DNA of 64,000 nt from positions 1,280,001 through 1,344,000 of the forward strand of contig OZ219856.1 in assembly GCA_964291395.2 (NCBI GenBank), in the 5' to 3' direction. Source of the DNA: Alphaproteobacteria bacterium. Its GTDB lineage: Bacteria > Pseudomonadota > Alphaproteobacteria > UBA2966. Shown in pieces: positions 9,965 to 21,490 of the stretch. Made by a program: the position numbers and the translations under genes. Position 1 is the stretch's first letter, and each line of letters begins with the position of its first letter. The notes beneath the pieces are model-generated. The model was given only the letters and a program-made list of their open reading frames with translations, did no database searches and had not been told where the DNA came from.

Positions 9965-12900
9965 GTGATCGTCTCAACCGGTAAAGCGATGCTTCGGCTG
10001 CTCGCCGCGGTTGCGGCAGGATCCGCTATCGTATTTGCCTTGGCGGGCTGGTTGCTCTGGTCGGGGTCGATTTCGCTGCAGTTTCTTACCCCGTACGTGC
10101 GCGATGCTTTGAATATGGGCGTGCAAGGGGTTCGGATCGACCTTGAGGATACCATTTTGGCCTGGGTGGACTGGGAGCAAGCGGTCGACATCCGGGTCCG
10201 CGGTGCGCGGCTCCTCGACTCGGAGAATCGCGTTATCGCCGGTGTTCCGGAGATCTCGCTCGGCGTGAGCGGCGTCGCGTTGCTCGGCGGACGTCTGGCG
10301 TTCACACGGATCGAATTGCTCCGGCCTCGGATCACGCTTTTCCGGGACGAACATGGATCCTTCAGGATCGGGACGGACGACGATGGGGCCCGGGATGCGG
10401 GGGTCATGGTCTCGGCTCTTATCGACGGATTGCGGGTGCGGCCCGAGGCGAACACCCTGACGGAACGGCTGTCCCGGGTAAGCGTACGCGATGCACAAGT
10501 CGCTGTGGTCGACCGCGTGCTGAACCAAACCTGGCGGTCGACCGAGGTCGATGTTTCCTTGATGCGAAAGGCCGAAAGCATCTCCGGCCGTATCTCCGGC
10601 CTGTTGGACTTGGACGGTGTTGCAACGCCGGTCGGCGCAAGCCTGTCGCATATTCGAGACAGCGGCGAAGTAGCCGTGAGCTTGGGCTTTTCTGCGCTGG
10701 AACCGCGCAGACTTGCGAAATATCACCCGACGTTCTCCCAATTGGGAGCTTTCAGGGCGCCGATTGGCGGTACCGTGGACCTCACGCTGAACGCCGAAGG
10801 AATTGCGGACAACGTTGCCTTCGATCTTGTGGGAAGCCCGGGACACGTTCGTCTCCCCCGATATTTCGACGATGATCTGGCCTTCCGACAATTCGCGGTC
10901 AAAGGACGAATCTTGGACGGCCTTTCCGCTGTTCAATTCAGTGAACTGTTTGTGGATCTGGGTGACGTTTCCGCCTCGGCCAGCGGGTTGATCGATTTCG
11001 AGGATCAATTGGCCGTCACCCTGGAGGGGAGTTTCAAGAACCTTCCCGTGGATGCGTTGGAGCGGTACTGGCCCGTCGATCTCTCACCGAAAGCGAGGAG
11101 CTGGGTAACGACCAGAGTTCGTGGTGGGACGATTACGCGGGGCAAGGTGCGCCTCGTGGTTTCGCCCGAAGTTCGGACCGGGCGCGGCCTGCGGGAAGAT
11201 GCCGTCGAACTGACATTCGAATTCGAAGACGTTTCGACGCGGTATTTGACCCCCATGCCGAAGCTCGTCGATGCACGTGGGTCGGCGCGCATGACGGGGA
11301 GTTCGATGGAACTGACCGTCGAAAGCGGACGTATCGGCGAAATTTCGATTTCCGAAGGCGACGTTCGAATTGAAGGGTTGAACGTTCAAGGAAAGACGGC
11401 CCATATCGGATTTGTCGGGACGGGGAGGGTATCCGACGTTCTGGCCGTTCTGGATCGCGAGCCCTATCGGTTCTCCAGGTCCATCGGACTCCGGCCCGAA
11501 ACGACCTCCGGCTTTAGCGCCGTGCGCGTCCGGCTCGATCTGCCATTGAAGGACGGACTTCAGGGTCACGAGGTGAGGTACGCCGCGGCGGCAAACCTGC
11601 GTGATTTCGGCGTGCCGAGCATCGTCGGCGATCACGTGCTGAGCGGCGGCGACCTTGTGGTTCGGCTCGACGGAAACGGGATCGACGCGTCCGGGACGGC
11701 ATCAATCGATGGGGTGCCGTTCGATCTCGAATGGCGGCGAGCCTTCCGGCCGACGAGGACAGCGACCGATCTGTTGTCGCTCGTGGCAAATCTGGGCGAT
11801 GACCATCGGCGGGCGCTGGGATTGCCGGCGGCTCCTCGCGTGGCGGGTATGACGCCGATCAACGCTCGGATTCTTACCAACGGGTGGGAAATCCTGGATA
11901 TCGGCGTGACCGCGGATCTGACGTCCGCGCGGCTCGATTTTCCCGAACTCGCATGGAGCAAGTCCGCAGGCGAAACCGCGGCCGCAAAGATGAATGCCAC
12001 GCCATCGGGCGAGAATGGTGGATGGGTGACATCGTTCGAGATCTCAGGGCCGGGTCTCAGGGCCGTCGGACAGGGCGAACTGGACACGGACGACGAACTA
12101 CGGCGCCTGGACCTCTCACTGCTCGAGTTGGGGGAGAACAATGTATCCGCCTCGGTCAGGCCTCGTGCGCCCGAGGGTTTCATCATTGCCCTCGAAGGCG
12201 GCCGCTTCGACATGAGGCCCTACCTTGCGCGCCTTTTCGGCGCGGAGGACGCTCTGCCGATTCCGCCCCTGGTGCTGTCGATGCGTGTCGGGGAGGTCGT
12301 TCTCGGTGACCAGCACAGTCTCACGGACACGAGCGTCAGGGCCGTTCACTCCGGCACGTCCTGGCAGGAAATCGAGGCCGAAGGGGTTCTGACCGGCGGG
12401 GCGCCCGTGCAGATATCCCTTCGCGGCCGATCCGGTAATCGGAGTTTGGGCGTGAACTCGAGTGATGCAGGCGCATTCATGAGATCCTTGGGAGTCTTCG
12501 ACAATGCGGTCGGAGGTCACCTCGAGCTGACGGCAACCATTGACGAGACTCTGCCCTCTCGCCCGCTTTCGGGCATGGTCGGCATCGACGAGTTCAAGGT
12601 TGTGAACGCTCCCGTGTTTGCGCGAATTCTCACGGTCGCTTCATTGACGGGAATGGCGGACCTTCTCAACGGGGAGGGAATTTCGTTCGTCCGCTTCGAA
12701 GCGCCCTTCGAGATTCGGAACGGTCGACTGGAAATCGAAAGGGCGCGCGCCTTCGGCCCCGCACTTGGCGTCACCCTCGAGGGAGGGCTGGACCGGAAAC
12801 GTGATCGGATCAAGATACGGGGAACTCTGGTTCCTGCCTACACCTTGAACTCCGTGCTGGGGACCGTTCCGTTGTTGGGAAATCTATTCGTAGGAAGAGA

Positions 12901-13057
12901 AGGGGAGGGTGTTTTCGCGATCAACTACGCTGTTGACGGTCTGATCGGAGAACCAACGGTCACGGTCAATCCGTTGTCCGCGCTGGCACCGGGGTTTCTG
13001 CGGTCGATTGTTTCGGGTGATGGGGTGCCGCAGAAGAGCTTGCCGCGGAATGAATAG
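9965..13057 (+). CDS. AsmA-like / YhdP (DUF3971) envelope lipid-bridge protein
   Basis: N-terminal TM, long beta-rich body, C-terminal GTLVPAYTLNS...VNPLSALAPGFLR (AsmA_2-like); next to tyrS. Confidence 0.85.
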   Translation: MIVSTGKAMLRLLAAVAAGSAIVFALAGWLLWSGSISLQFLTPYVRDALNMGVQGVRIDLEDTILAWVDWEQAVDIRVRGARLLDSENRVIAGVPEISLGVSGVALLGGRLAFTRIELLRPRITLFRDEHGSFRIGTDDDGARDAGVMVSALIDGLRVRPEANTLTERLSRVSVRDAQVAVVDRVLNQTWRSTEVDVSLMRKAESISGRISGLLDLDGVATPVGASLSHIRDSGEVAVSLGFSALEPRRLAKYHPTFSQLGAFRAPIGGTVDLTLNAEGIADNVAFDLVGSPGHVRLPRYFDDDLAFRQFAVKGRILDGLSAVQFSELFVDLGDVSASASGLIDFEDQLAVTLEGSFKNLPVDALERYWPVDLSPKARSWVTTRVRGGTITRGKVRLVVSPEVRTGRGLREDAVELTFEFEDVSTRYLTPMPKLVDARGSARMTGSSMELTVESGRIGEISISEGDVRIEGLNVQGKTAHIGFVGTGRVSDVLAVLDREPYRFSRSIGLRPETTSGFSAVRVRLDLPLKDGLQGHEVRYAAAANLRDFGVPSIVGDHVLSGGDLVVRLDGNGIDASGTASIDGVPFDLEWRRAFRPTRTATDLLSLVANLGDDHRRALGLPAAPRVAGMTPINARILTNGWEILDIGVTADLTSARLDFPELAWSKSAGETAAAKMNATPSGENGGWVTSFEISGPGLRAVGQGELDTDDELRRLDLSLLELGENNVSASVRPRAPEGFIIALEGGRFDMRPYLARLFGAEDALPIPPLVLSMRVGEVVLGDQHSLTDTSVRAVHSGTSWQEIEAEGVLTGGAPVQISLRGRSGNRSLGVNSSDAGAFMRSLGVFDNAVGGHLELTATIDETLPSRPLSGMVGIDEFKVVNAPVFARILTVASLTGMADLLNGEGISFVRFEAPFEIRNGRLEIERARAFGPALGVTLEGGLDRKRDRIKIRGTLVPAYTLNSVLGTVPLLGNLFVGREGEGVFAINYAVDGLIGEPTVTVNPLSALAPGFLRSIVSGDGVPQKSLPRNE

Positions 13058-13091
13058 ACGCGGTCCCGCAATACGAATCAACGTCGATCGC

Positions 13092-14345
13092 CTAAACGGG
13101 TTTGACGCGCGCGTGCCGCTTCTTTCCGGCTGACAGTTTGATCAAACCCTCAGCCCCTAGATGGTCCAGCGTGATCAGTTGGGCCTCGTCTCCGATGACG
13201 ATGTCGTTGACTCTTCCGCCGCCTCCCTTGATGAGGCGGCGCGCTTCACCACGGCTCGAACAAAGGCCTGCACGATGAAGCAGTTCGAACGCCGCCACGC
13301 CCTCGTTCAGTTCAGCTCGCGACACATCGATTCCTCGCAGATTCTCGCTCACACCGCTGCCCTCGAACGTATTGCGGGCCGTTTCCGCGGCCATCTGCGA
13401 TGCCTCCGGGCCGTGGCAAAGACTGGTGACCTCATTCGCGAGAATCTTTTTCGCCTCATTGATTTCGTCGCCCTGGAGACGTTCGAGGCGCTCAATTTCG
13501 TCGAGTGGCAGTTCGGTGAACAGGCGCAGAAATCTGCCGATATCCGCGTCGTCGGCGTTGCGCCAAAACTGCCAGTAGTCGTAGGCGGAGAGCATCCTCT
13601 CGTTCAGCCACACGGCGCCGTCCGCCGTCTTCCCCATCTTTGCTCCGGATGACGTGGTCAGCAGCGGTGATGTCAAACCGTAAAGTGTCCGATTGTCCAC
13701 GCGACGGCCGAGTTCGACGCCGTTGACGATGTTACCCCACTGATCCGAACCGCCTATCTGCAAGACGCAGTCATAGCGCCGGGCGAGCTCCAGAAAATCG
13801 TAGGCTTGCAACACCATGTAATTGAATTCGAGAAAGCTGAGCGGCTGTTGCCTGTCGAGGCGTAGCTTTACGCTGTCCATGGCGAGCATGCGGTTCACCG
13901 AGAAGTGAGGCCCAAACTCCCGCAGAAACGGGATGTACTCGAGAAGATCCAACCAATCGGCGTTGTTGACCATCAGGGCATCGGTGGGACCGTCCCCGAA
14001 CTCGAGAAACCTTGCGAACACCTGCTTGATTCCTGCCATGTTGGCAGCGATTTCCGCTTCCGACAGGATTTGTCTGCTTTCCTCTTTGCCCGAAGGATCA
14101 CCGACTTTCGTGGTCCCGCCGCCCATGAGCACGATGGGCCGATATCCAGCGCGTTGAAGGTGCCGAAGCACCATGATTCCGACAAGATTGCCGACATGCA
14201 GGCTTGGCGCCGTGCAGTCGAACCCTTCGTACGCGATCAATGTTCCTTCGGAGGCCAGTCGATCGAGCCCGTCCATATCCGTGCATTGATGGACGTAGCC
14301 GCGCGCCGTCAGCACGCGCAGGAATTCGGACTTCGGTTGTTGCAT
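13092..14345 (-). CDS. tyrS: Tyrosine--tRNA ligase
   Basis: [30 protein letters not shown]-terminal S4 domain. Confidence 0.97.
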   Translation of the reverse strand: MQQPKSEFLRVLTARGYVHQCTDMDGLDRLASEGTLIAYEGFDCTAPSLHVGNLVGIMVLRHLQRAGYRPIVLMGGGTTKVGDPSGKEESRQILSEAEIAANMAGIKQVFARFLEFGDGPTDALMVNNADWLDLLEYIPFLREFGPHFSVNRMLAMDSVKLRLDRQQPLSFLEFNYMVLQAYDFLELARRYDCVLQIGGSDQWGNIVNGVELGRRVDNRTLYGLTSPLLTTSSGAKMGKTADGAVWLNERMLSAYDYWQFWRNADDADIGRFLRLFTELPLDEIERLERLQGDEINEAKKILANEVTSLCHGPEASQMAAETARNTFEGSGVSENLRGIDVSRAELNEGVAAFELLHRAGLCSSRGEARRLIKGGGGRVNDIVIGDEAQLITLDHLGAEGLIKLSAGKKRHARVKPV

Positions 14346-14560
14346 CTTCGGCTGCAGGGATTCGTCGAGATGCCGGCCCGCCCACCGGTTTCACTACTCG
14401 TGGCGACAAACATACGACAGTATATGAAGGGACACGGGTGTCGCGGCGTCCAGCCATGTAACACAAACCCCGAACCGCGACAACACGCGTTGCGGGTGAG
14501 ATCTTTTTGCGCCCGCTTTGGTGGAGAAGCCGTTCGATGGATGATTGTTCGTTTTCGACG

Positions 14561-15670
14561 ATGACCGCGCTCGGTTTGATGAGCGGGACATCACGGGATG
14601 GAATCGATGCCGCCATCATACGAACGGATGGTGTATCCGTGTTCGAGCGCGGCCCGTCGTCAACGACGCCCTACGACCATGATTTCCGGAAACGATTGGC
14701 CGATTTGATCGACGGGGGGGCAAAAGCCTGCGATGTGGAGTCGGATCTGACGGCAAGGCACGTCGACACGGTTGAAATTCTACTTCGGGAAAATTCGATA
14801 ACTCGCTCGGAAATAGATGTAATCGGGTTTCATGGACATACGGTGTTTCATATGCCGGAGGCGCGTCGGACGTGTCAGATCGGTGACGGCGAGCTGCTGG
14901 CAAAAATGACTGGCGTTCCGGTGGTCAATGACTTCCGCAGCGCCGATGTCGCGGCAGGTGGTCAGGGCGCGCCGCTCGCCCCCATCTATCATTGGGCTCT
15001 CGCGCGAGAGCTTCCGAAACCGCTGGCGATCCTCAATCTGGGTGGCGTGGCGAACGTAACCTGGATCGGCGAGGACTCGCCCGCCTCTCGAACCACCGAC
15101 ACGACGGGGGCGGTCGTCCCGGGAATTTGGGCGTTCGACACCGGGCCGGGAAACGCCTTGCTCGACGACTGGACCGAGATGCGGACAGGTGATCCGTTCG
15201 ACCGAAATGGCGCGCTCGCGTCCAGGGGCCGTTTGAGCGCGTCTGCCCTGAAGCAACTCATGAGCCATCCGTATTTCTCGCTCCCGCCTCCGAAATCGCT
15301 TGACCGTGACGCGTTCTCACTCGAGCCGGTCTATGGACTCTCGCCGGAGGACGGTGCGGCAACCTTGGCAGCATTTACGGCCGAGGCCGTTCGAGCGGCG
15401 CTCAAAGGTCTTCCCGCGACTCCCCTGCGTTGGCTGGTCGCGGGCGGCGGGCGGTACAACAAAGCGATGATGGGTGAACTGACGGCCCGGATCGGCGGCC
15501 CGGTGGAGTCGGTGGAGGCCGTAGGATGGGACGGCAGCGCTTTGGAGGCGGAAGCATTCGCCTACCTTGCCGTCCGAGCCATCAGGGGATGGCCCTCGAG
15601 CTGGCCCACGACCACCGGTGTCGCGCGTCCCTGTGTGGCCGGAGTCGTCCATCGCCCCCAGACGAGCTGA
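14561..15670 (+). CDS. anmK: Anhydro-N-acetylmuramic acid kinase
   Basis: GLMSGTSRDGID, GGQGAPLAP, FDTGPGNALLD; divergent from tyrS. Confidence 0.95.
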   Translation: MTALGLMSGTSRDGIDAAIIRTDGVSVFERGPSSTTPYDHDFRKRLADLIDGGAKACDVESDLTARHVDTVEILLRENSITRSEIDVIGFHGHTVFHMPEARRTCQIGDGELLAKMTGVPVVNDFRSADVAAGGQGAPLAPIYHWALARELPKPLAILNLGGVANVTWIGEDSPASRTTDTTGAVVPGIWAFDTGPGNALLDDWTEMRTGDPFDRNGALASRGRLSASALKQLMSHPYFSLPPPKSLDRDAFSLEPVYGLSPEDGAATLAAFTAEAVRAALKGLPATPLRWLVAGGGRYNKAMMGELTARIGGPVESVEAVGWDGSALEAEAFAYLAVRAIRGWPSSWPTTTGVARPCVAGVVHRPQTS

Positions 15671-15706
15671 GGAGAACGGCTGGATGGCGCGGACCGCGTG
15701 TGATTT

Positions 15707-16348
15707 TCAGAAGACGGCCGTCTTCAGATACCTTTCGACCTGGGTATTGAGATCGGGCAGCTTCTCTTCGAAAAAATGGTTGGCGCCTGCAATGGTCCTG
15801 TAGGTAATTTCGATTCCGCGCTGACTCTGGAGTTTGGCGGCAAGTTTCTCGACGTCTTCGGTCGGCACGATGTCGTCGTCGGATCCATGAACGATCAGTC
15901 CCGACGCCGGGCACGGGGCGAGAAAGCTGAAGTCCAGCATATTGGCGGGCGGTGCGACCGAAATGAAGCTGTTGATTTCCGGTCGGCGCATGAGCAGTTG
16001 CATGGAGATCCATGCGCCGAACGAGAAGCCCCCGACCCAGCATGCGGGAGCGTTCGGATTGGAGGCCTGGAGCCAGTCAAGTGCCGAAGCCGCGTCGGAC
16101 AGTTCTCCCTGACCGTGGTCAAAGGTTCCTTGGCTCTTGCCGACACCCCGGAAGTTGAACCTGAGCGCCGAGAACCCCTTCCGCACGAACGCGTGAAACA
16201 GGTTGTACACCACCTTGTTGTTCATGGTTCCGCCGAATTGGGGATGTGGGTGAAGGATCAGCGCGATGGGTGATCGGAGTACGTTTGGTTGGTGGTGGTA
16301 ACGGCCTTCGAGCCGGCCCTCGGGACCGACGATGTTGACTTCGGGCAT
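15707..16348 (-). CDS. Alpha/beta hydrolase (conserved alphaproteobacterial type)
   Basis: GPEGRLEGRY, HPHPQFGGTMNNKVV, GFSFGAW, GANHFF. Confidence 0.9.
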   Translation of the reverse strand: MPEVNIVGPEGRLEGRYHHQPNVLRSPIALILHPHPQFGGTMNNKVVYNLFHAFVRKGFSALRFNFRGVGKSQGTFDHGQGELSDAASALDWLQASNPNAPACWVGGFSFGAWISMQLLMRRPEINSFISVAPPANMLDFSFLAPCPASGLIVHGSDDDIVPTEDVEKLAAKLQSQRGIEITYRTIAGANHFFEEKLPDLNTQVERYLKTAVF

Positions 16349-16590
16349 TCATCCTCCAGGCGCGGAGCGCCGATTGTGATCTCGTCTCGGTACGTCCGCC
16401 ACGGGCACGCTTGATCATGCGACGGGTTCGCACAGCCATCAGAGGCGGGCTTCGGACCGGTTCAAATCATTGACTGGTACGTACAGCTAACCTATATCGA
16501 AAGAAGTCAGGTGCCGAATGCCTTTCGACGATCTGTTGTGGGCTCGATTGGAAGGTGTGCCGGCACCCTAATATTATAGTGGGGAAGCCA

Positions 16591-17358
16591 ATGTTCAAAA
16601 CCATTGGCGCAGATGTCCGGGCGGTTTTCGAGAGAGACCCCGCGGTACGGTCCAAGCTCGAGGTCGTGCTTTGCTATCCGGGATTCCATGCCGTCTTGTT
16701 CTATCGCGTTGCGCACGGGCTTTGGTCACGCGACTGGAACTTGCTGGGTCGGTTCATCTCCCACTTGGGTCGATTCTTCACCGGGATCGAGATCCACCCG
16801 GGTGCCCGGATCGGCCGGGGGTTCTTCATCGATCATGGGATGGGCGTCGTCGTCGGCGAGACCTCGGTCATCGGCGACAACGTGACACTCTATCACGATG
16901 TGACGTTGGGCGGCATCGCCCCCGCGGTCGACAGCCGGTCTCAGGTGAATGAAAAGCGACACCCGACCCTTGAAGATGGTGCGATCGTCGGGTCGGGTGC
17001 TCAGGTTCTGGGCCCGATAACCGTCGGTGCGAATGCTCGAATCGGCGCGAATTCCGTCGTTCTCAAGGATGTCGTGCCTGGCAGTACGGTCGTCGGCATT
17101 CCTGCGCGCCCGGCAGGCGCCGCCGCCAAGCGCGAAGCCCCGAAACGCTTTGATCCTTATGGAACGCCCGTCGATGAGGAAGCGGACCCGATTGCCCGGA
17201 GGATCGATGCCTTGCTGGACAAGGTTCAGTCCCTCAGTTTGCGCGTGGCGGAGCTGGAAGAACAGTCGAGCGCCCGGGACGGCACCATGTCGTGGCAATC
17301 CGAGCCTGACGATGCGGGGGACGTCACCTCCGGGGGTACGTCCGACTGCAGCAATTAG
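16591..17358 (+). CDS. cysE: Serine O-acetyltransferase
   Basis: [31 protein letters not shown] hexapeptide repeats. Confidence 0.95.
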   Translation: MFKTIGADVRAVFERDPAVRSKLEVVLCYPGFHAVLFYRVAHGLWSRDWNLLGRFISHLGRFFTGIEIHPGARIGRGFFIDHGMGVVVGETSVIGDNVTLYHDVTLGGIAPAVDSRSQVNEKRHPTLEDGAIVGSGAQVLGPITVGANARIGANSVVLKDVVPGSTVVGIPARPAGAAAKREAPKRFDPYGTPVDEEADPIARRIDALLDKVQSLSLRVAELEEQSSARDGTMSWQSEPDDAGDVTSGGTSDCSN

Positions 17359-17412
17359 GCGGCCATCGATTGAGCAAGGTCTGAACCGACAACTTTTGCT
17401 CAACGACTTGGC

Positions 17413-18549
17413 ATGCGCCATCCGGGATATCTCGACTATAACGCGACGGCACCGGTACGACCGGAGGTGATGCGGGCCGTCGTCTCGGCTCTTGAAATCG
17501 GGGGGAATCCATCGTCGGTACATAAGGCCGGACGCGAAGCCAGGGCCAAGGTGGAAGCCGCGCGTGAAGCGGTGGCCCGACTCGTCGGCGCATCCCCGCA
17601 GTCCGTCGTCTTCACGAGCGGGGGCACCGAGGCGAACAACATGGTATTGCGGGGCGCGGCGTTGCGGGGACAACACCTTGTGGTGTCCGCCATCGAGCAC
17701 GACTCGGTACTCGATGCCGTCAAGTGCGGGGCGCAAACAGGATCATTGATACCTGTTGACCACGACGGTGTGGCCGACGTTGCGGCGCTCGACCGGGAGT
17801 TGCAGCGCCTGCCCGGAGGTGCGCTCGTATCCGTAATGGTCGCAAACAACGAGACCGGCGTGATTCAGCCGATCGCCGACGTGGTCGAGGTGGCGAGAGC
17901 ACACCGCGCCTCGGTGCACTGTGACGGCGTGCAGGGGCCCGGGAAAATCGCCGTGAATTTCGACCGACTCGGTGTCGACCTGATGTCATTGTCGGCTCAC
18001 AAGTTCGGCGGTCCCCAAGGCATTGGGGCCTTGGTGGTGCGGAACGGCGCCGAGGCGCCGGGGACGATGATTTTTGGTGGCGGGCAGGAACGTGGACAGC
18101 GGGCCGGCACGGAAAACGTCCCGGGGATCGTAGGGTTCGGCGTTGCCGCCGAGAGCGCTTCGGCCGACACCGGAACCCCACGCCGTGTCGAAGAGTTGCG
18201 CAATGCACTGGAAAACCGGATTCTTTCGATCACTGGCGATGCGGTCATTATCGGATCCGGTGCGGCGCGCCTGCCCAATACTTCGTGCATCGCCATGCCT
18301 GGCGTCTCGGCAGAGACACAGGTCATGGCTTTCGACCTCGAGGGCCTCAGCGTGAGCGCCGGGTCGGCCTGTTCATCGGGTAAGGTGGCGCGCTCTCATG
18401 TCATCGCGGCCATGGGGCTACCGGAGGACCGGAGGGACTCCGCAATTCGTGTCAGTCTCGGTTGGGCCTCGCGGTCCGAAGACGTGGATCGGTTCGTCGA
18501 TGCCTGGAAGAAGCTGTATCAGCGGATCGGAAGTCGTACCGCTGCCTGA
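17413..18549 (+). CDS. Cysteine desulfurase (IscS/NifS class)
   Basis: YLDYNATAP, FTSGGTEAN, SAHKFGGP (PLP Lys), SAGSACSSG. Confidence 0.93.
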   Translation: MRHPGYLDYNATAPVRPEVMRAVVSALEIGGNPSSVHKAGREARAKVEAAREAVARLVGASPQSVVFTSGGTEANNMVLRGAALRGQHLVVSAIEHDSVLDAVKCGAQTGSLIPVDHDGVADVAALDRELQRLPGGALVSVMVANNETGVIQPIADVVEVARAHRASVHCDGVQGPGKIAVNFDRLGVDLMSLSAHKFGGPQGIGALVVRNGAEAPGTMIFGGGQERGQRAGTENVPGIVGFGVAAESASADTGTPRRVEELRNALENRILSITGDAVIIGSGAARLPNTSCIAMPGVSAETQVMAFDLEGLSVSAGSACSSGKVARSHVIAAMGLPEDRRDSAIRVSLGWASRSEDVDRFVDAWKKLYQRIGSRTAA

Positions 18550-18560
18550 CGGCGGGGCGG

Positions 18561-19367
18561 TCAAGGCAGTTCAATTGACAGCGGAATTTCGTACCGGCCC
18601 GTATAGGATGTGTGGCTGACGATGCCCGTGTCCGGCTGCCACAGGTGAAGCTGGCAGGCCGGGGGTTCCATGACGATCTGCTGTTTGGCGCCTTCAAGCA
18701 TGTTCAGTCCCATCTGGTGGGCGGTGCTTGGCGCCACGCTGAGCACGGTACCGTGCCAGCGGGCCGTGACGGGGCGATGCAGGTGACCGCAGACGATTCT
18801 TTCGATATTCGAATACCTCTCCACGATGGCCCCCATTTCGGGTGCGCCCGCGTCGAAGCCATGCCGGTCCATTGCGTTGATTCCGCTCCTGATGGGTGGG
18901 TGATGCATGAATATCAGGGTGGGTTTATCGGGCTCTTCCGCCAGACGGTCCGATAGCCATTGAAGCCTCTCCTCGCAGAGCTCTCCGCTGATCTTCCCTG
19001 GGATCACGGTGTCCAGAGCGATCAGGCGCACGGGCCACCTGTCGATCACATAGTGCTGGAACCGACCGTTGCCGGGCAGATACTCCCAGTCCGCAAAAGC
19101 CCCCGACATGGTATCGCGATCGTCGTGATTGCCGGGGATGACATAGATGGGAACGCCGATGGGCGCCAAAATCTCTCTCAGACGCTCGTACTCCTCCGGG
19201 ATCCCCCGGTCGACAAGATCGCCCGTTGCCAGCACGACGTCCGGCAAAGGTTCAAGAGAAGTGATGTGTTCGACAGCGGTTTCAAGAAATGTTGCTGTAC
19301 GGAACATCCTATCCATGCGCTCGCCTGGAAGAGCGATATGGAAGTCCGTTATCTGTGCGATGATCAT
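18561..19367 (-). CDS. Calcineurin-like metallophosphodiesterase (CpdA/GpdQ-like)
   Basis: IAQITDFH, TGDLVD, PGNHD, MHHPP, CGHLH; start moved to MIIAQ. Confidence 0.9.
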   Translation of the reverse strand: MIIAQITDFHIALPGERMDRMFRTATFLETAVEHITSLEPLPDVVLATGDLVDRGIPEEYERLREILAPIGVPIYVIPGNHDDRDTMSGAFADWEYLPGNGRFQHYVIDRWPVRLIALDTVIPGKISGELCEERLQWLSDRLAEEPDKPTLIFMHHPPIRSGINAMDRHGFDAGAPEMGAIVERYSNIERIVCGHLHRPVTARWHGTVLSVAPSTAHQMGLNMLEGAKQQIVMEPPACQLHLWQPDTGIVSHTSYTGRYEIPLSIELP

Positions 19368-19589
19368 CGTGTGACGGCGTGTGGTTGAACCGGGTGTCGG
19401 GCAAGAGCATATATCATTGGCGATTGTGTAGCGTCGCGTGACAGCGAATTTCGTCAGATCGACATCTGGATTCCCTGATTGCGGATCCTCGCTGTCCGAA
19501 GTGCGACGCCGGGTCCGCTGCACGGGAGGCTCCTGCGTGGACTTGCCGACTGGTCGATGGGGGCCCGAAAGGCCAGCCCGTCCGGGCTC

Positions 19590-19829
19590 TTACGCAAATG
19601 CCTTGAATGCGATGATGGTGAAGGTGTCCTTGACGCCTGAAAGACGTTGGATGTTCTCGGTGACGAAATGCCCGATGTCGATATCGTCGTCCAAATAGCA
19701 TTTCATCAAGAGATCATACTGTCCTGAGGTCGAGTGCACCTCGGAGACCTGGGCCACGTCGGCGGCTTCTTCGGCGACCCGGTAAGCCTCTCCGAGTTCG
19801 CATTTGACCATTACGAATATGGTCTGCAC
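19590..19829 (-). CDS. Stand-alone Lrp/AsnC ligand-binding domain protein
   Basis: 79 aa, EVHSTSGQYDLL...GVKDTFT; no HTH. Confidence 0.85.
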   Translation of the reverse strand: MQTIFVMVKCELGEAYRVAEEAADVAQVSEVHSTSGQYDLLMKCYLDDDIDIGHFVTENIQRLSGVKDTFTIIAFKAFA

Positions 19830-19844
19830 GGCGCGGTTCTTGCT

Positions 19845-21281
19845 TCAGTCGGTACGGGACCGCGCCGGGCGTGCCAGGAAAGCCGGCACGTCGTCCGTGA
19901 TGCCGAATTTCAAATCTGCTCCGACGTGCGACTCTCTATCACCGCGGGGCTTCTTTCGTTCACGTGTCCGTTTGGATGACCGTTTCCCGTCGGCGCTTCG
20001 CGTGTGATTCTGGGACTTCGACCCCGATCGTGCATTCGGTGCCGAGCCGTTTTCGGTGGCAGAGGATTGACCGTTCGCCTTTCTCCCACGTCGACGCCGA
20101 CCAGACGAACGCCCGTGGTCGATCCTCGAACGCTCAGAACCATTTCGCACCTTCAGGTTCTCTATTTCGGGAGCTTCCGCGATCTGAATGGAGGAACCGA
20201 TGAGGCGTTCTATAGCGGACACGAGCTTGCTGTCGTCCGGCGTCGCGATCGTGATGGCGACTCCGGACAGGCCCGCCCTGCCGGTTCTGCCGATACGATG
20301 AATGTAGTCCTCGGCGTTGGACGGTACATCGAAATTCAGGACGAACGGGAGGCTCGTGATGTCGAGCCCTCGAGCCGCGACGTCGCTGGCCACCAGCAGG
20401 TTGATGTCGCCGCTGCGGAAACCTTCGAGCGTGTCCATTCGCACCGACTGCTGCATATCACCGTGGAGGGCCTTGACATTGAATCCGTGCTTGCCCAGAG
20501 ACCGCGCCACGATATCGACGTCGCGCTTGCGGTTGCAAAAAATCAGCGCCGACTCCACTTCCTGACCGCGTAGGATCTGGCGAAGCGCTTTGCGTTTGTC
20601 TTCCTGGCGAACCACGACCAGTTGTTGGTCGACGTTTTCGGCGGGTGACGCCGGCGGATCGACGACCACCTCTTTTGGATTGTTCAGGAACCGCCCTGCG
20701 ATGCGCTGGATCTCGGGCATGATGGTCGCAGAGAAGAACAGGGTCTGTCGCAACGGCGGCAACAGTTTCGCGATACGTTCGACGTCGGGGATGAATCCCA
20801 TATCGAGCATTCGATCCGCTTCGTCGATCACCAGAATTCCGACACCGCTGAGTAACAGTTTTCCGCGTTCGAAGTGGTCAAGGAGGCGTCCCGGTGTGGC
20901 GATGAGTACGTCGACGCCGCGATCGATCTTCTTGTCTTGGTCATCGAATGAAACGCCACCGATCAGCAGCGCCATCGAAAGTTTTTGATACTTGCCGTAG
21001 ACCGAAAAGTTCTCAGCGACTTGATCTGCCAACTCCCGCGTCGGTTCGAGAATCAAGGCCCGTGGCATTCGAGCCCGCGCGCGGCCCTTCGCCAGCATGT
21101 CGATCATCGGCAAGGTGAATGAGGCCGTCTTGCCTGTGCCGGTCTGCGCGCAACCCATGAGGTCGCGGCCCTGCATCACAAGTGGTATCGCTTGTTCCTG
21201 GATCGGTGTCGGGGACTGATACCCCGCCTCGGTGATCGCTTCAAGAACTTCGGGACTTAGACCAAGATCAGAGAAATTCAT
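19845..21281 (-). CDS. DEAD-box RNA helicase (RhlE-like)
   Basis: AQTGTGKT, PTRELA, DEADRM, FSAT, HRIGRTGR, basic C-tail. Confidence 0.95.
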   Translation of the reverse strand: MNFSDLGLSPEVLEAITEAGYQSPTPIQEQAIPLVMQGRDLMGCAQTGTGKTASFTLPMIDMLAKGRARARMPRALILEPTRELADQVAENFSVYGKYQKLSMALLIGGVSFDDQDKKIDRGVDVLIATPGRLLDHFERGKLLLSGVGILVIDEADRMLDMGFIPDVERIAKLLPPLRQTLFFSATIMPEIQRIAGRFLNNPKEVVVDPPASPAENVDQQLVVVRQEDKRKALRQILRGQEVESALIFCNRKRDVDIVARSLGKHGFNVKALHGDMQQSVRMDTLEGFRSGDINLLVASDVAARGLDITSLPFVLNFDVPSNAEDYIHRIGRTGRAGLSGVAITIATPDDSKLVSAIERLIGSSIQIAEAPEIENLKVRNGSERSRIDHGRSSGRRRRGRKANGQSSATENGSAPNARSGSKSQNHTRSADGKRSSKRTRERKKPRGDRESHVGADLKFGITDDVPAFLARPARSRTD

Positions 21282-21490
21282 ATGTTGCCAAATATTGCGG
21301 CGTACAATGTGACTGTCGGGCCGCACGTTGGTCGCCGCAATACTCTACGGGACTTTAGATGTCAATGGTCATTCACTGGCCGTAGCGGGAATCTTTAGAA
21401 TTTTCGTTGTACAGTCGAATACTCCACGACTACGGTTGGTGTTGTGGAAATGGGGTTCGAAGCGCGTGGTGTCAAGCACGGGTGTGCTGG

